Virus record (IMG/VR): IMGVR_UViG_3300035698_010154
Coordinates: 1 to 64,000 of that record
Reading direction: 5' to 3' (one strand)
DNA from: a virus
Length of the DNA stretch: 64,000 nt
Shown: positions 8,862 through 18,717 of the stretch, piece by piece
Layout of the letters: the number at the start of each line of letters is the position of its first letter
How positions within the stretch are numbered: the stretch's first letter is position 1
Translations under genes and position numbers: made by a program
Notes under the pieces: model-generated
The model's database searches: none
Seen by the model: only the letters and a program-made list of their open reading frames with translations
What the model was told of the DNA's origin: nothing

Positions 8862-9700
8862 GACTAAAGTATTATATAACAGAATATAAGAAAGAAGGTA
8901 GAGGCAAAGAAATCTCTTTTGATGACGCAATCAAAATGGCTCCAAAGTTTAGTGATGCTATCAATAGTAGTGTGTTTATAACAAGAGATACCACAGCTTT
9001 GAAAATATTTTTCTATCTAGTTGATCCAAAAACTGGTGAAAAGCGAGTAAGTAGAAATACAAGTGACTACTATACTTTGATAATGGATAATTCACCCAAA
9101 TGGAAGAAATATCCAGATCGTAGTAGATCATTAATATGTAGTATCAATGAAGGTTGTGGTGAAATGCATCCACACAGAGTATTTCCAGAGAATGGTAGTA
9201 GAATTGGTGTGTCTTCTACATATGATTTATGGGATGCCTTCCAAAAATCATTTGGAAGAACTGATATGAATCGTGTGAATGATGTAATAAATACATTAGC
9301 CAATATAGGTATGAATATTAAGAAAACAAAAGATACTAGAAAATGGTCTAGTACAAAGTATGATAAAGATATAAAAATACTAATGAGATCATTTAAAGCA
9401 TTTGATGAATGGCATAAAAGCAATAAATACAGCATGGATGTATTGCTAGATTATTTTAATAGTTATACTAATAATGATAGTTATATGGCAGACATACTTG
9501 AAAGGGTCATGAATGGATACTCTGGTAATCTATATAAGTTGATAGAACAGAAACTTGACCCAGATAAAAATAACTTTAGATTGGTGAATCCAAAAAACAT
9601 GAATTCTGTATCTGGTAGATTTGAAGTATGGACAGATGGTTTGTCATTAATGGTTAGATGTGATATGGAAGAAGAATTTTTAAAAGCAGTTGAATTATAA
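8858..9700 (+). CDS. Divergent member of the ART-like paralog family
   Basis: MRLKYYITE tag; FITR...R.SRNT...YP.RS.SLICS...VFP...DLW...EVW aligns with paralog motif order. Confidence 0.45.
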   Translation: MRLKYYITEYKKEGRGKEISFDDAIKMAPKFSDAINSSVFITRDTTALKIFFYLVDPKTGEKRVSRNTSDYYTLIMDNSPKWKKYPDRSRSLICSINEGCGEMHPHRVFPENGSRIGVSSTYDLWDAFQKSFGRTDMNRVNDVINTLANIGMNIKKTKDTRKWSSTKYDKDIKILMRSFKAFDEWHKSNKYSMDVLLDYFNSYTNNDSYMADILERVMNGYSGNLYKLIEQKLDPDKNNFRLVNPKNMNSVSGRFEVWTDGLSLMVRCDMEEEFLKAVEL

Positions 9701-9710
9701 CATGTTTTGA

Positions 9711-9742
9711 TATAAATAATAGATGAAGTGGTTGTATAAATA
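9711..9742 (+). promoter_or_regulatory. Two T4-type late promoters upstream of portal
   Basis: TATAAATA at 9711-9718 and 9735-9742. Confidence 0.75.
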
Positions 9743-9771
9743 AAATGTGAGGTAAAGGGAGAGGTAGATTA

Positions 9772-11775
9772 ATGGCAATGAACTGGAAATTTTGGGATAA
9801 CAAACCAGAACAAATAGATGAAGAGATCAAAGCCTTCAAAGAAAAACCAACACCTACAATAAAAGATATTATATCCACTAGAGGTGAGGGTTGGGAATCA
9901 GTACAAGATATCCCAGGTGTTGGCCAGATTGGTCTTCAATCATTTAATATGTTCTATGACTCTTATATAAACAGAGTGTTCGAGAATGAACAACAAAGAA
10001 TTGAAGAGTATAGAGGTATGGCCATATTGCCAGAAGTTGGTGATGTAATTGAAGATGCGGTAAATGAGTCAACTCAAGAAGATGAGGTTGGTGACATTGT
10101 GCATCTAAACATATTAGATCCCAATCTTGAAAAGAATGAAAACATAGTAAAGAACATATCTGACGAATTCAAAGAGTTGTTTGAAAACAGAGTTGACTTA
10201 TATGATCTGTTATGGGATATGATAAAAACATATTATATTGATGGGCGCGTATTTTTTGAAAAGATCATAGATACAAGACATCCAAAGAATGGAATAATAG
10301 GTCTGAAAAAGTTACCCACAGAGACAATGGATTATGTTTATGACCCTTTATCTGGTAAGAATATAGCATACTTTCAATACCTTCAACCCAAAACAAAAAA
10401 ACCATCCACAATAGAAGAAGCTAAACAAAGGGATGGCAAAGATCTAATATATTTTGAACCACGGCAAATAGGGTTTATAAATCATGGTATTTATGGGAAA
10501 ACAAAGTATGAGATATTCGGGTACTTGGAGAAATCAAGAGTACCATATAATCAACTAAAACTCCTTGAAACATCGGTTATCATTTATAGAATAATAAGAG
10601 CACCTGAGAGATTAGTATTTAGGGTTGATACAGGTAACATGCCCCGTGATAAAGCATTGAAGTATGTTGAAAAGATCAAACAAAAAGTAACCAAGAAGCA
10701 ATCATATGATCCAGCTACAGGGCAGATAACCAATGATCCTAATGTATTTTGTATAAGAAAAAATACAGAAATACCTTTACTAGATGGAAGATATTTAACT
10801 CTTAAAGAAGTTATTGATGAGTATAATATGGGGAAAGAAAACTGGGTATATTCTATAAACGAAAAAACACATAATGTAGAACCAGGTAAAATAACCAATG
10901 CCGCAATAACAAGACCAAACGAAAAACTCATAAGAGTATGGATGGAAAACGAATATATAGATACTACTTATGATCATAAATTTATACTGAGAGATGGATC
11001 AAAATGTAGAGCAGATGAATTAAAAGTTGATGAATCATTAATGCCTTTATATAAAAAACAATCTCTTATTAGGATAACTAAAATAGAATATCTAAATGAA
11101 AGAGATGATACTGGATGTATAACAGTAGAAGGAAATCATAATTTTGCAGTAAGTCAACAAGGGAAATCGTTGGTATTTATACAAAATTCCATTTTAGAGA
11201 ATTACTGGCTGCCTCAAAGTGCCGATGGTCGTGGTAGTCAAATTGAATCTGTCGGTGGTAGTAACATTGGATTCACAGAGCTAGACGATGTTCATTACTT
11301 CCAGAAAAAATTATACAGAGCTTTGAAATATCCACAATCAAGAGTGAACGCATCACAACAAAATCAAGATAGCGATATAATGTTTGGTCAAGGCCAAACA
11401 GGAGATATAAGTAGAGATGAAATAAAATGGGCCAAGTTCCTTGAAAGACAACAACTTAAATTTAGTAAAGAACTTACTAAAGTATTTCTACTACACCTTG
11501 AATTCAAAGGACTCAAAAAACAATATGATCTTAATGAAAAGAAAATAAAAATATCATTGAACCCACCTTCAAAATATAAGGAACAAATGGAAGCGAATTT
11601 CACAGATACAAGATTCAATCTATATAACTCTCTAGCAGATAGAGAAGAGATTTCGAAATACTATATGATGAAGAAATATTTGAGATGGAGTGAAGAAGAG
11701 ATAAATAAAAATGTTGAAGGTATGAAAAAAGATATAGAACTCGGCTTAAGAAAATCAGATGATGATGGATATTAA
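9772..11775 (+). CDS. gp20: Portal vertex protein (T4 gp20) with intein
   Basis: YRIIRAPERLVFRVDTGNMP..KA..Y, ENYWLP...GRGSQI, YFQKKLYRALK.P.SR, ISRDEIK. Confidence 0.95.
   Translation: MAMNWKFWDNKPEQIDEEIKAFKEKPTPTIKDIISTRGEGWESVQDIPGVGQIGLQSFNMFYDSYINRVFENEQQRIEEYRGMAILPEVGDVIEDAVNESTQEDEVGDIVHLNILDPNLEKNENIVKNISDEFKELFENRVDLYDLLWDMIKTYYIDGRVFFEKIIDTRHPKNGIIGLKKLPTETMDYVYDPLSGKNIAYFQYLQPKTKKPSTIEEAKQRDGKDLIYFEPRQIGFINHGIYGKTKYEIFGYLEKSRVPYNQLKLLETSVIIYRIIRAPERLVFRVDTGNMPRDKALKYVEKIKQKVTKKQSYDPATGQITNDPNVFCIRKNTEIPLLDGRYLTLKEVIDEYNMGKENWVYSINEKTHNVEPGKITNAAITRPNEKLIRVWMENEYIDTTYDHKFILRDGSKCRADELKVDESLMPLYKKQSLIRITKIEYLNERDDTGCITVEGNHNFAVSQQGKSLVFIQNSILENYWLPQSADGRGSQIESVGGSNIGFTELDDVHYFQKKLYRALKYPQSRVNASQQNQDSDIMFGQGQTGDISRDEIKWAKFLERQQLKFSKELTKVFLLHLEFKGLKKQYDLNEKKIKISLNPPSKYKEQMEANFTDTRFNLYNSLADREEISKYYMMKKYLRWSEEEINKNVEGMKKDIELGLRKSDDDGY
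10750..11187 (+). mobile_element. Mini-intein (146 aa) in portal
   Basis: NVF|CIRKNTEIPLLDG...TTYDHKF...HNFAV...FIQN|SILENYWLP; no endonuclease domain; Gln-Asn end. Confidence 0.9.
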
Positions 11776-11826
11776 GATACACAAATAATATTGTGAATAT
11801 AAATAAAAAGGAGAGTAAGTAAAATT

Positions 11827-12009
11827 ATGTGCCCAATAGACAACCGTGAAATAAAAAAAGCAATCGACAGTTTTGAGAATGATGATTTCGTTACTTCAAA
11901 AGAAATTATGTCACAAGAGATCAAACGAGCTAAGAACGAATTCATCAAAGACAAACTAGAACTAAAGGGAGATATCGAACCCATAAAAGATGCTGATAAG
12001 GAAGAATAA
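11827..12009 (+). CDS. Small prohead core-type protein (gp67-like position)
   Basis: Follows portal; late promoter 11798-11805; AGGAG RBS. Confidence 0.5.
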   Translation: MCPIDNREIKKAIDSFENDDFVTSKEIMSQEIKRAKNEFIKDKLELKGDIEPIKDADKEE

Positions 12010-12012
12010 ATT

Positions 12013-12966
12013 ATGAAATACTTTAAGATTCTGTTACTAATAACATCATTGTTTATGCTGATTGGATGTGGTGCCTTACAGAAAAAAGACATAGATATGG
12101 ACTCAATTTCAAGAGCAGAACTACAAGCAATGGCTGAGAAAACAGGTGCAACAAAAGTAAGAGCATTCACTGCACTGACAGGCGAAGGAATAGGCGCACT
12201 AGATACAATTGATGGTGCTGATCTAAATGATGGTGATGTTGGTATAGTCGTGACTGCTACAGGTGGATATCTTTACTCATTAGATGCAACTAATGGTGGA
12301 ACCGAGAGTTCACCAAATATTATAACACCTAGTGGAACCCCCGGAGATAAAAGATGGGTATTGGTGTCATTATATGCTAACGATATAAATGCCTCACCTC
12401 AAGATGATGGCTCTATTAGTTTCGTACCATTAACAGCAACTGAAACCCAATATCGTATAGGCCCAAATCATGATTCTGCTGGTGATGATAATGATGGCTT
12501 TGAAATAAGAAGATCAGACACGCCCGGAACGAGTGTGGATTTTAGAACTAACCGAAATTCTGTAGCATATGGAGCAGATAAAGTAACACAAAGTTATACA
12601 GAAACACAATTTATAGCATTTGATTGGACAACTGATGTAACAACTGGAGATGGTAAATTCTATTTTCATGTTGGACAAAAGCTAGATAGTTTAAATCTTT
12701 CTTATTGTCATGCTAAAGTAATCACTGCAGGAATAACTGGAACTACGGATATATATATTTATAATGTAACTGATAGTGTTGATGTTCTGTCAGTACCAAT
12801 AACAATTGATAGTAACGAAACAGGATCAGACACAGCAGGATCATATACAATAAATACAGCTAATGATGATATTACTGAAAATGATTTATTAAGAATAGAT
12901 ATAGATTCTGTAAGTACGACACCACCAAAAGGATTATTAATAACAATGGGATTTAGTATTCCATAA
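12013..12966 (+). CDS. Predicted lipoprotein with virion-fibre-like domains
   Basis: MKYFKILLLITSLFMLIG|C lipobox; Gly/Thr/Asp-rich beta domains. Confidence 0.6.
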   Translation: MKYFKILLLITSLFMLIGCGALQKKDIDMDSISRAELQAMAEKTGATKVRAFTALTGEGIGALDTIDGADLNDGDVGIVVTATGGYLYSLDATNGGTESSPNIITPSGTPGDKRWVLVSLYANDINASPQDDGSISFVPLTATETQYRIGPNHDSAGDDNDGFEIRRSDTPGTSVDFRTNRNSVAYGADKVTQSYTETQFIAFDWTTDVTTGDGKFYFHVGQKLDSLNLSYCHAKVITAGITGTTDIYIYNVTDSVDVLSVPITIDSNETGSDTAGSYTINTANDDITENDLLRIDIDSVSTTPPKGLLITMGFSIP

Positions 12967-13053
12967 AAAGTAAAAATTATATAAATAGAATATAGAAACA
13001 ATAAAAATAGAATATAGGAGGACAGGGCCGACGGGCCTTGAAAAGGTACCTTG

Positions 13054-13082
13054 TTTACTTTTTCTCACTCCTACAGTATAAT
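13054..13082 (+). promoter_or_regulatory. Sigma70/T4-early-like promoter
   Basis: GTTTACT-N17-TATAAT. Confidence 0.55.
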
Positions 13083-13105
13083 AAATCTAACAAGGAGATT
13101 TTAAA

Positions 13106-13518
13106 ATGAAAATATGCTGGGACAATTTAGAAGTAGAATAAGATCATTAAAAGGAATTCAAGATGGTGAATGTAGATTATATTGTTCAGAGAGTTGCAAG
13201 CATGAATGCTCTATATTCAACAAATCACCAGAAACATTGATGAAAGAAGATGCTGTTAAATCTGGAAGATTATCATGGTTAGAACTAGGTAGAGAAGTTC
13301 AACCAGAATTAAGGCAAATGGTGTTAGATCGAGATGATTATCAATGTATTAAATGTGGATCAAAAGAATCATTACATTGTCACCATATAGAAGGCATTAG
13401 ATGGGAGCCTCTGATGAGCGCAGATATTGATATGTGCGTAACATTCTGTAAATCTTGTCATAAAGCAGTACATAAATTACCAGATTGTGGATATCATGAT
13501 ATGATGTGTGTAGTTTAA
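13106..13518 (+). CDS. HNH endonuclease, probably frameshifted/truncated at 5' end
   Basis: RDDYQCIKCG....LHCHH...C.T.C..CH...H; the AAGGAG RBS fits ATG 13106 (MKICWDNLEVE*), which is out of frame with the HNH ORF starting at 13114. Confidence 0.7.
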
Positions 13519-13584
13519 TAACAAAAATAAATATTTATACCTTCGAATATCATTGGTATAAAACGAACAAGGAGATTAATTTTT

Positions 13585-14121
13585 ATGGCATTTTCAATCA
13601 ATAGTTTTAAGGCAAATTTTGGGGAAGGCGCAAAAAGTAATTTGTTTTATTACAAGCCTCAATTTCCGCCTGGTGTTGCAGAAATGACACCAGACCAAGC
13701 CATGTATCTTGTTAAATCTACGCAGTTTCCATCTACTACACTTGATGAAACTGTATTAAATTGGCAAGGAATGGATTGGAAGATTGCTGCGAAGCATACA
13801 TATAGTGATATAACAATAACATTTAATGTTGACTATAATGCAAAAATAAGAAAGCTATTCGAAGATTGGTCAAACAAAGCACATGATCCTATAACTAATG
13901 AAAGTGGATTGCATAGTGATTACCAAGCTGACCAGATTTTACAGATGCTCGGCTATAATGGGACTGTTATCTTAGAGGCTAAGCTTGTGCATGCATGGCC
14001 CAAAGAAATAAGCCAAATAACTCTAGATTATAGTTCTGCCGAGATAAGTTCATTTGATGTAACGTGGGCATATGCTTATCATTTACTTTCCTACGAGGCA
14101 ACTGGTGGTAACGTGTTCTAA
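13585..14121 (+). CDS. gp19: Tail tube protein (T4 gp19-like)
   Basis: F.INSFK.....GAKSNLF, TYSDITITF, FEDW, AWPKEIS.I.LDY...I..FDVTWAY. Confidence 0.8.
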   Translation: MAFSINSFKANFGEGAKSNLFYYKPQFPPGVAEMTPDQAMYLVKSTQFPSTTLDETVLNWQGMDWKIAAKHTYSDITITFNVDYNAKIRKLFEDWSNKAHDPITNESGLHSDYQADQILQMLGYNGTVILEAKLVHAWPKEISQITLDYSSAEISSFDVTWAYAYHLLSYEATGGNVF

Positions 14122-14225
14122 TGAACGCTTTTGGGAGGTATACACTGGAATCCAATAGAATCAGCAGATATAGATATGTTGATTTACGATGTGCAGCATA
14201 AATAAAATGTAAGAGGAGAATATAA

Positions 14226-15005
14226 ATGGTGGAAGAAGTAGAAGAAAAAGTAAAGGTAAACCCGAAGTTCGTCAATTATTTGAACATATATGAGTTCGAA
14301 ACAACGTTGCCGGGATCTGGTCAAGTTGTAAAATTCAAACCACTTACTACCGGTCAGCTCAAAAAACTTCTTGTTTACGAAAACGAGACTAGCATAATCA
14401 TACAAGAAGAAGCAATTGATAAATTGATAACATCATGTGTTGTTAGTGAAAATTTTGATATAGATGAACTGTTTCTACAAGATCGATTCTTTCTGTTGAT
14501 AGAGATAAGAAAAAAGACAAAAGGTGAAAAGTATTCATTTACATTCAAGTGCCCGAAATGTGGATCTCAAATAATCAATGACATAGATCTTGATAGCATG
14601 CCGGTGACGACAACATCACCGGATATAGATCATTCTGTAATGTTGACAGAAGACATCGGCGTGACTCTAAACTATCTGAAAAGAAAAGACTTTAAACTTA
14701 TATCTCAATTCCTTGATGTTGATGAAAAAAGAACTGAAACTCAAATAAACTCAGGCATCCAAACAGGACTATTTGCCGCCGGAATAGAATCGGTTGCCTC
14801 ACCAGATGGAATAGAAGAGGACGTTGATATACAGAGTAAAATATATTTGATTGAAAACGTACCAACATCTGGTTATGAAGTAATAAAAAATTGGTATGAA
14901 GATAATGATTTTGGTATAGATATGAGTGTAAGTGTTGCTTGTATAAATGAGCAATGTGGATATGAAAATACAGAAGATATACCAATGGGGGATTTTTTTT
15001 TATAA
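14226..15005 (+). CDS. gp26: Baseplate hub assembly protein (T4 gp26-like)
   Basis: LPGSGQ.VKFKP......K.LL, D..FLL..IR.KT.GE, CPKC and C...C pairs, DFF end. Confidence 0.8.
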   Translation: MVEEVEEKVKVNPKFVNYLNIYEFETTLPGSGQVVKFKPLTTGQLKKLLVYENETSIIIQEEAIDKLITSCVVSENFDIDELFLQDRFFLLIEIRKKTKGEKYSFTFKCPKCGSQIINDIDLDSMPVTTTSPDIDHSVMLTEDIGVTLNYLKRKDFKLISQFLDVDEKRTETQINSGIQTGLFAAGIESVASPDGIEEDVDIQSKIYLIENVPTSGYEVIKNWYEDNDFGIDMSVSVACINEQCGYENTEDIPMGDFFL

Positions 15006-15010
15006 TTCTA

Positions 15011-15199
15011 TTGTACAGTAGTGGTAAAGGGCTAACAGGTATTATAGAAGATCAATTTTACTTATCACATAAATCCCACATATCATTCTCAGAATCACAG
15101 AACATGGCTGATTTCGAAAGAGAAGCTTGTGTATCATTACTTATTAAAACCATAGAAGAAGAATCTAAGCAATACCAAAAAGCGACGAGCAATAAATAA
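15011..15199 (+). CDS. Baseplate hub chaperone (gp51-like)
   Basis: F.L....IS.SE..NM..FER...V.LL pattern after gp26. Confidence 0.6.
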   Translation: MYSSGKGLTGIIEDQFYLSHKSHISFSESQNMADFEREACVSLLIKTIEEESKQYQKATSNK

Positions 15200-15243
15200 A
15201 AGTCACGCTTAACTATATTATAGTTAAAGGATATGGAGCAGTG

Positions 15244-15277
15244 AATCTCAAGGACTTTGTATGTCCTTGAGATTTTT
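15244..15277 (+). terminator. Rho-independent terminator
   Basis: AATCTCAAGGAC-7nt-GTCCTTGAGATT followed by Ts. Confidence 0.75.
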
Positions 15278-15355
15278 GCTTTAGGAAGAGTGAGTGAGTA
15301 GGTTATAATATAAATAATGATTTACAATGTATAGCAATATTAATGAGGTTAAATA

Positions 15356-17236
15356 ATGTCTCCAACTCCTATTGAAAATATAGATAAAAACATTCAAAAG
15401 CTTGTCAGAAATATGGTTGTTAATGACGATAAAGTAGAAAATGCTGTTGATGATGTAGTTGATGCTGTTGAAGAACAAACAGAACAAACAGAAGAAAATT
15501 CTAAAAATTTTATGACAACTATTAAAGGAATTGGCGGGATGTTTAAAGATATTGGTGGTGGTATAAAATCATATTTTCAAAAAATGTATAGCGCCATATC
15601 GGGGCATCTAAGAGAAATATTAGGGCCTGTTGCAGAAGCATATGATTTTATGAAAGATACATTTAAAGGATTTTTTGATTCGATGAAAAGTGTATGGAAA
15701 ACTTTGTTTATTAATACTGGTATTCAACAAAAATTCATGGGTGATCTATTTAATGTTTTTAGAAGAAAAGAAAAGAAAGATGCTAGAGAAGGTGGTAAAG
15801 TTAAAAGAGTATTTCTGGGATTATTTGGAACATTAGCAGTATTGATTGGTATCGCAGTTGGTGCTCTCTTTGGTCTTGTTAGTAAGCCAATGCTGCTTAT
15901 TAGTAAACTTTTGCCAATAAAAACAATAGGGAAAATATTAAAAGCATTACCAGTAGTAGGAAGATTTTTTAGAAGAGTTGGTGTTTTTCTTTGGAGAATA
16001 AAGAAATACGGAAGAAAATTTATTAAAGCGGCATCAAAGTTCAAAATATTAGGGAAGCTTTTTAAAGGATTCGCATTTGGATTTAAATGGATAGCATGGC
16101 CACTTATTATAGGCATTGCTCTATTTGATACCATAAAAGCTTTTTTTACAACCGAAGGTGATGTGGTTACAAAACTTAAAGCATCAATGAGATCTGCTTT
16201 TGATAGTTTATTTGGATTTCCAATAGAACTAATAGGCTGGATAACAAATAAACTTTTTAGTCTATTTGGTATTAAAATCGATGCTACACAAAAAATTAAA
16301 GATTTTTTTCATTCAGTTATTGGTTGGGTTGTAGAAGAAGCTGTTAAACTATTCAAAGATCCTAAAAAATACTTTACAGATGTAATAGAAAGTATTAAAA
16401 AAATATTCTGGGATATGGCAACATGGATAAATGATCGGGGAGGATTTATAATCGAACCAATTACCTCGTTCTTCAAATCAGTTGGAGAGTGGTTTACTAA
16501 CATTGGTACATCTATCAAGAGTATTTTTACAGGTAGTGGCGATAAAGTAGAAGCAGCCAAAGCAATTCTATTAGGAATATTCGATACTTTATTTGAATTT
16601 CCATTAAAAGTACTGGGATGGCTTCCTAAAAAAATACTAGGATTTTTTGATATTGATATTGATCCTGGTCAATTTGTAATTGATATGTTTCATAATATTA
16701 TAAGTACTGTAGTTAATTTTGTGGTTGGATTATTTAAAGACCCCGGTAAATATATAGCTGCTTCAATGAAAATAGTAGAGAACGGTTGGAAAATTGTTAC
16801 AGATAAAATAACATCTATGTTTGATTTTGTGAAAGGATTTTTTATAGATTTAGTTGATTATTTTAAAGAGTTCTTTACTATAAAAAATATAGTAGGCAAA
16901 ATAAAAAGTGGATGGAATAATTTATTTGGAGAGAGCGATGAGGAAAATAAACAACTTACTCCAATGCCTTCTCCTTCTAGTGTTTCAGATGCTGTAAATG
17001 GACTTGAAAAACAAAAATTTATGAACAAAATGGGTCAATCTGAAGAAGCAACACAAACACAAAAAATAATTAGTAAGAATATAGATGATATGATAAAAGT
17101 ACTTAAAGAAGGTAATAAAGGTGGTGGAAACAATGCTATGTTGTTACCTGGTGGTGCTTATGGTGGCACTGGAAGAGAACCTATAGTAGATGAAAATGAA
17201 GCCTATGGATTAAACATGGCGAACCACTATAACTAA
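15356..17236 (+). CDS. Tape measure protein (gp29-like)
   Basis: Long amphipathic F/W-repeat helices, hydrophobic segment; late promoter 15309-15316. Confidence 0.7.
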   Translation: MSPTPIENIDKNIQKLVRNMVVNDDKVENAVDDVVDAVEEQTEQTEENSKNFMTTIKGIGGMFKDIGGGIKSYFQKMYSAISGHLREILGPVAEAYDFMKDTFKGFFDSMKSVWKTLFINTGIQQKFMGDLFNVFRRKEKKDAREGGKVKRVFLGLFGTLAVLIGIAVGALFGLVSKPMLLISKLLPIKTIGKILKALPVVGRFFRRVGVFLWRIKKYGRKFIKAASKFKILGKLFKGFAFGFKWIAWPLIIGIALFDTIKAFFTTEGDVVTKLKASMRSAFDSLFGFPIELIGWITNKLFSLFGIKIDATQKIKDFFHSVIGWVVEEAVKLFKDPKKYFTDVIESIKKIFWDMATWINDRGGFIIEPITSFFKSVGEWFTNIGTSIKSIFTGSGDKVEAAKAILLGIFDTLFEFPLKVLGWLPKKILGFFDIDIDPGQFVIDMFHNIISTVVNFVVGLFKDPGKYIAASMKIVENGWKIVTDKITSMFDFVKGFFIDLVDYFKEFFTIKNIVGKIKSGWNNLFGESDEENKQLTPMPSPSSVSDAVNGLEKQKFMNKMGQSEEATQTQKIISKNIDDMIKVLKEGNKGGGNNAMLLPGGAYGGTGREPIVDENEAYGLNMANHYN

Positions 17237-17259
17237 AGAGAAGGAGTAAGTAAAACAAT

Positions 17260-18462
17260 ATGCCAAAACGCGGCGGGATGTCAATAGAGAAGGGTTTCAA
17301 TAGAGATGTGAATTCATCAGCAAACGAGTTCGCATTTAAAGGAAATACTCTTATTAGAAATCCAGACTTTTCTCCATATACAACTTGGAAAAATGCTCTT
17401 TGGGTTCATATGGTGCCATTAAAGTTAGAGAATCAAAACTCTGCTGATAGGGGTGGATCAATTTCTATTGGTGGTGAGAACAGACCTACTTTTGCATTTT
17501 TAGCCCCTACAGATATATCAGAAAATATAAGTCATTCATGGGAAGGATTTGATTCTATTCAATCGAGATTAATGGGTAAGATTGTTGCCGGTGCTAAATT
17601 ATCAAATGAGCTTAAAGCTGTTGGTAACACATTTGCAAATATTAAAAAATCTATAGAAGGTGATAGTAAAAAACCTGGTGTATCCACTACAAGTGCCTTT
17701 GATTCTGCATTGCGTGCTGCTGGAAAAATGGCCGGAACAAATGTTCCTAAATTTAAAGTAGATACTCCTTTAAGATATATGGATTCTGGTAGAAGAGAAA
17801 TAACTATGGAATTTATATTGATGGCATCGAGTAAAGATACAGGTAGAATAAAAGAAGGTGATAGTATAAAACGAAGTGTAACGGATGTTGTTCATGATCT
17901 AATGATGTATTCATCACCTGCCATAAAAGATAACAATAGTACTGAATATGAATTTCCTTATATATGGAGACTTGAAACATCACCTAATAACTTTCTACTA
18001 TATGAGTTCTGTGCCTTAATTTCTGTACAGCCAACATGGAGCGCTCCTTATATAGATGGATATCCGTCTAATTGTAAATTAACACTTACATTTAAAGATC
18101 TATCACCGCTCTTTAGAACAACAATTGCTCACGGTTCCTCAGTTAATGTTATTGATAATACGAATACTGCCGAAATGTCTAATGCAGAATGGTTGGCAAC
18201 ATTCGAAGAACTAAAACCAACAGTCACGACACCTGATCTGATTAAAGGATTAATGGATGCTCGCACAAAATTAAAACGAACAACAGCAATATACGATTCT
18301 CTTTCATCTGGTAATGAAGAAAGTGTACTTAGATATTTTGCTAGTCAAGCCGAAGATGTTGCTAGAAGAGGTATTACTAGTGATGTTCAACAAACTCTTG
18401 CCGGTGGTATTCCTGGTCTAGCCAAGGTGACTCCTGTTATATCAATTTATCCAAGGCTATAG
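17260..18462 (+). CDS. Baseplate tail-tube cap (gp48-like)
   Basis: P..ISEN.SH.W, R.I...F.L, P.IW, C.L.SV.P.W....DG.P....L.LTF. Confidence 0.55.
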   Translation: MPKRGGMSIEKGFNRDVNSSANEFAFKGNTLIRNPDFSPYTTWKNALWVHMVPLKLENQNSADRGGSISIGGENRPTFAFLAPTDISENISHSWEGFDSIQSRLMGKIVAGAKLSNELKAVGNTFANIKKSIEGDSKKPGVSTTSAFDSALRAAGKMAGTNVPKFKVDTPLRYMDSGRREITMEFILMASSKDTGRIKEGDSIKRSVTDVVHDLMMYSSPAIKDNNSTEYEFPYIWRLETSPNNFLLYEFCALISVQPTWSAPYIDGYPSNCKLTLTFKDLSPLFRTTIAHGSSVNVIDNTNTAEMSNAEWLATFEELKPTVTTPDLIKGLMDARTKLKRTTAIYDSLSSGNEESVLRYFASQAEDVARRGITSDVQQTLAGGIPGLAKVTPVISIYPRL

Positions 18463-18717
18463 CTATACTAGGAATAGATCTTCTTCCAATTGATAATCAT
18501 TATATAATTTAAATCGCATATAATAGTATTTTAAATCATCAGTATATAATTTTACTTGATTACCATCAGCATATTCTATCGACATATAAGTAGTATTTGA
18601 ATATAATTTATCTAATTTATCGGTATGGGATTTAATCAACCAAGCATTGAATTTAATTTCATTCAAATCTCTTAATACTACTTTATCTCCGGGTTTAAAT
18701 CTATTTCTATTGCTCAT
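18463..18717 (-). CDS. Small early protein, paralog with LEEDLFLV C-terminus
   Basis: FKPGDKVVLRDL...RFKLY..QLEEDLFLV. Confidence 0.65.
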   Translation of the reverse strand: MSNRNRFKPGDKVVLRDLNEIKFNAWLIKSHTDKLDKLYSNTTYMSIEYADGNQVKLYTDDLKYYYMRFKLYNDYQLEEDLFLV

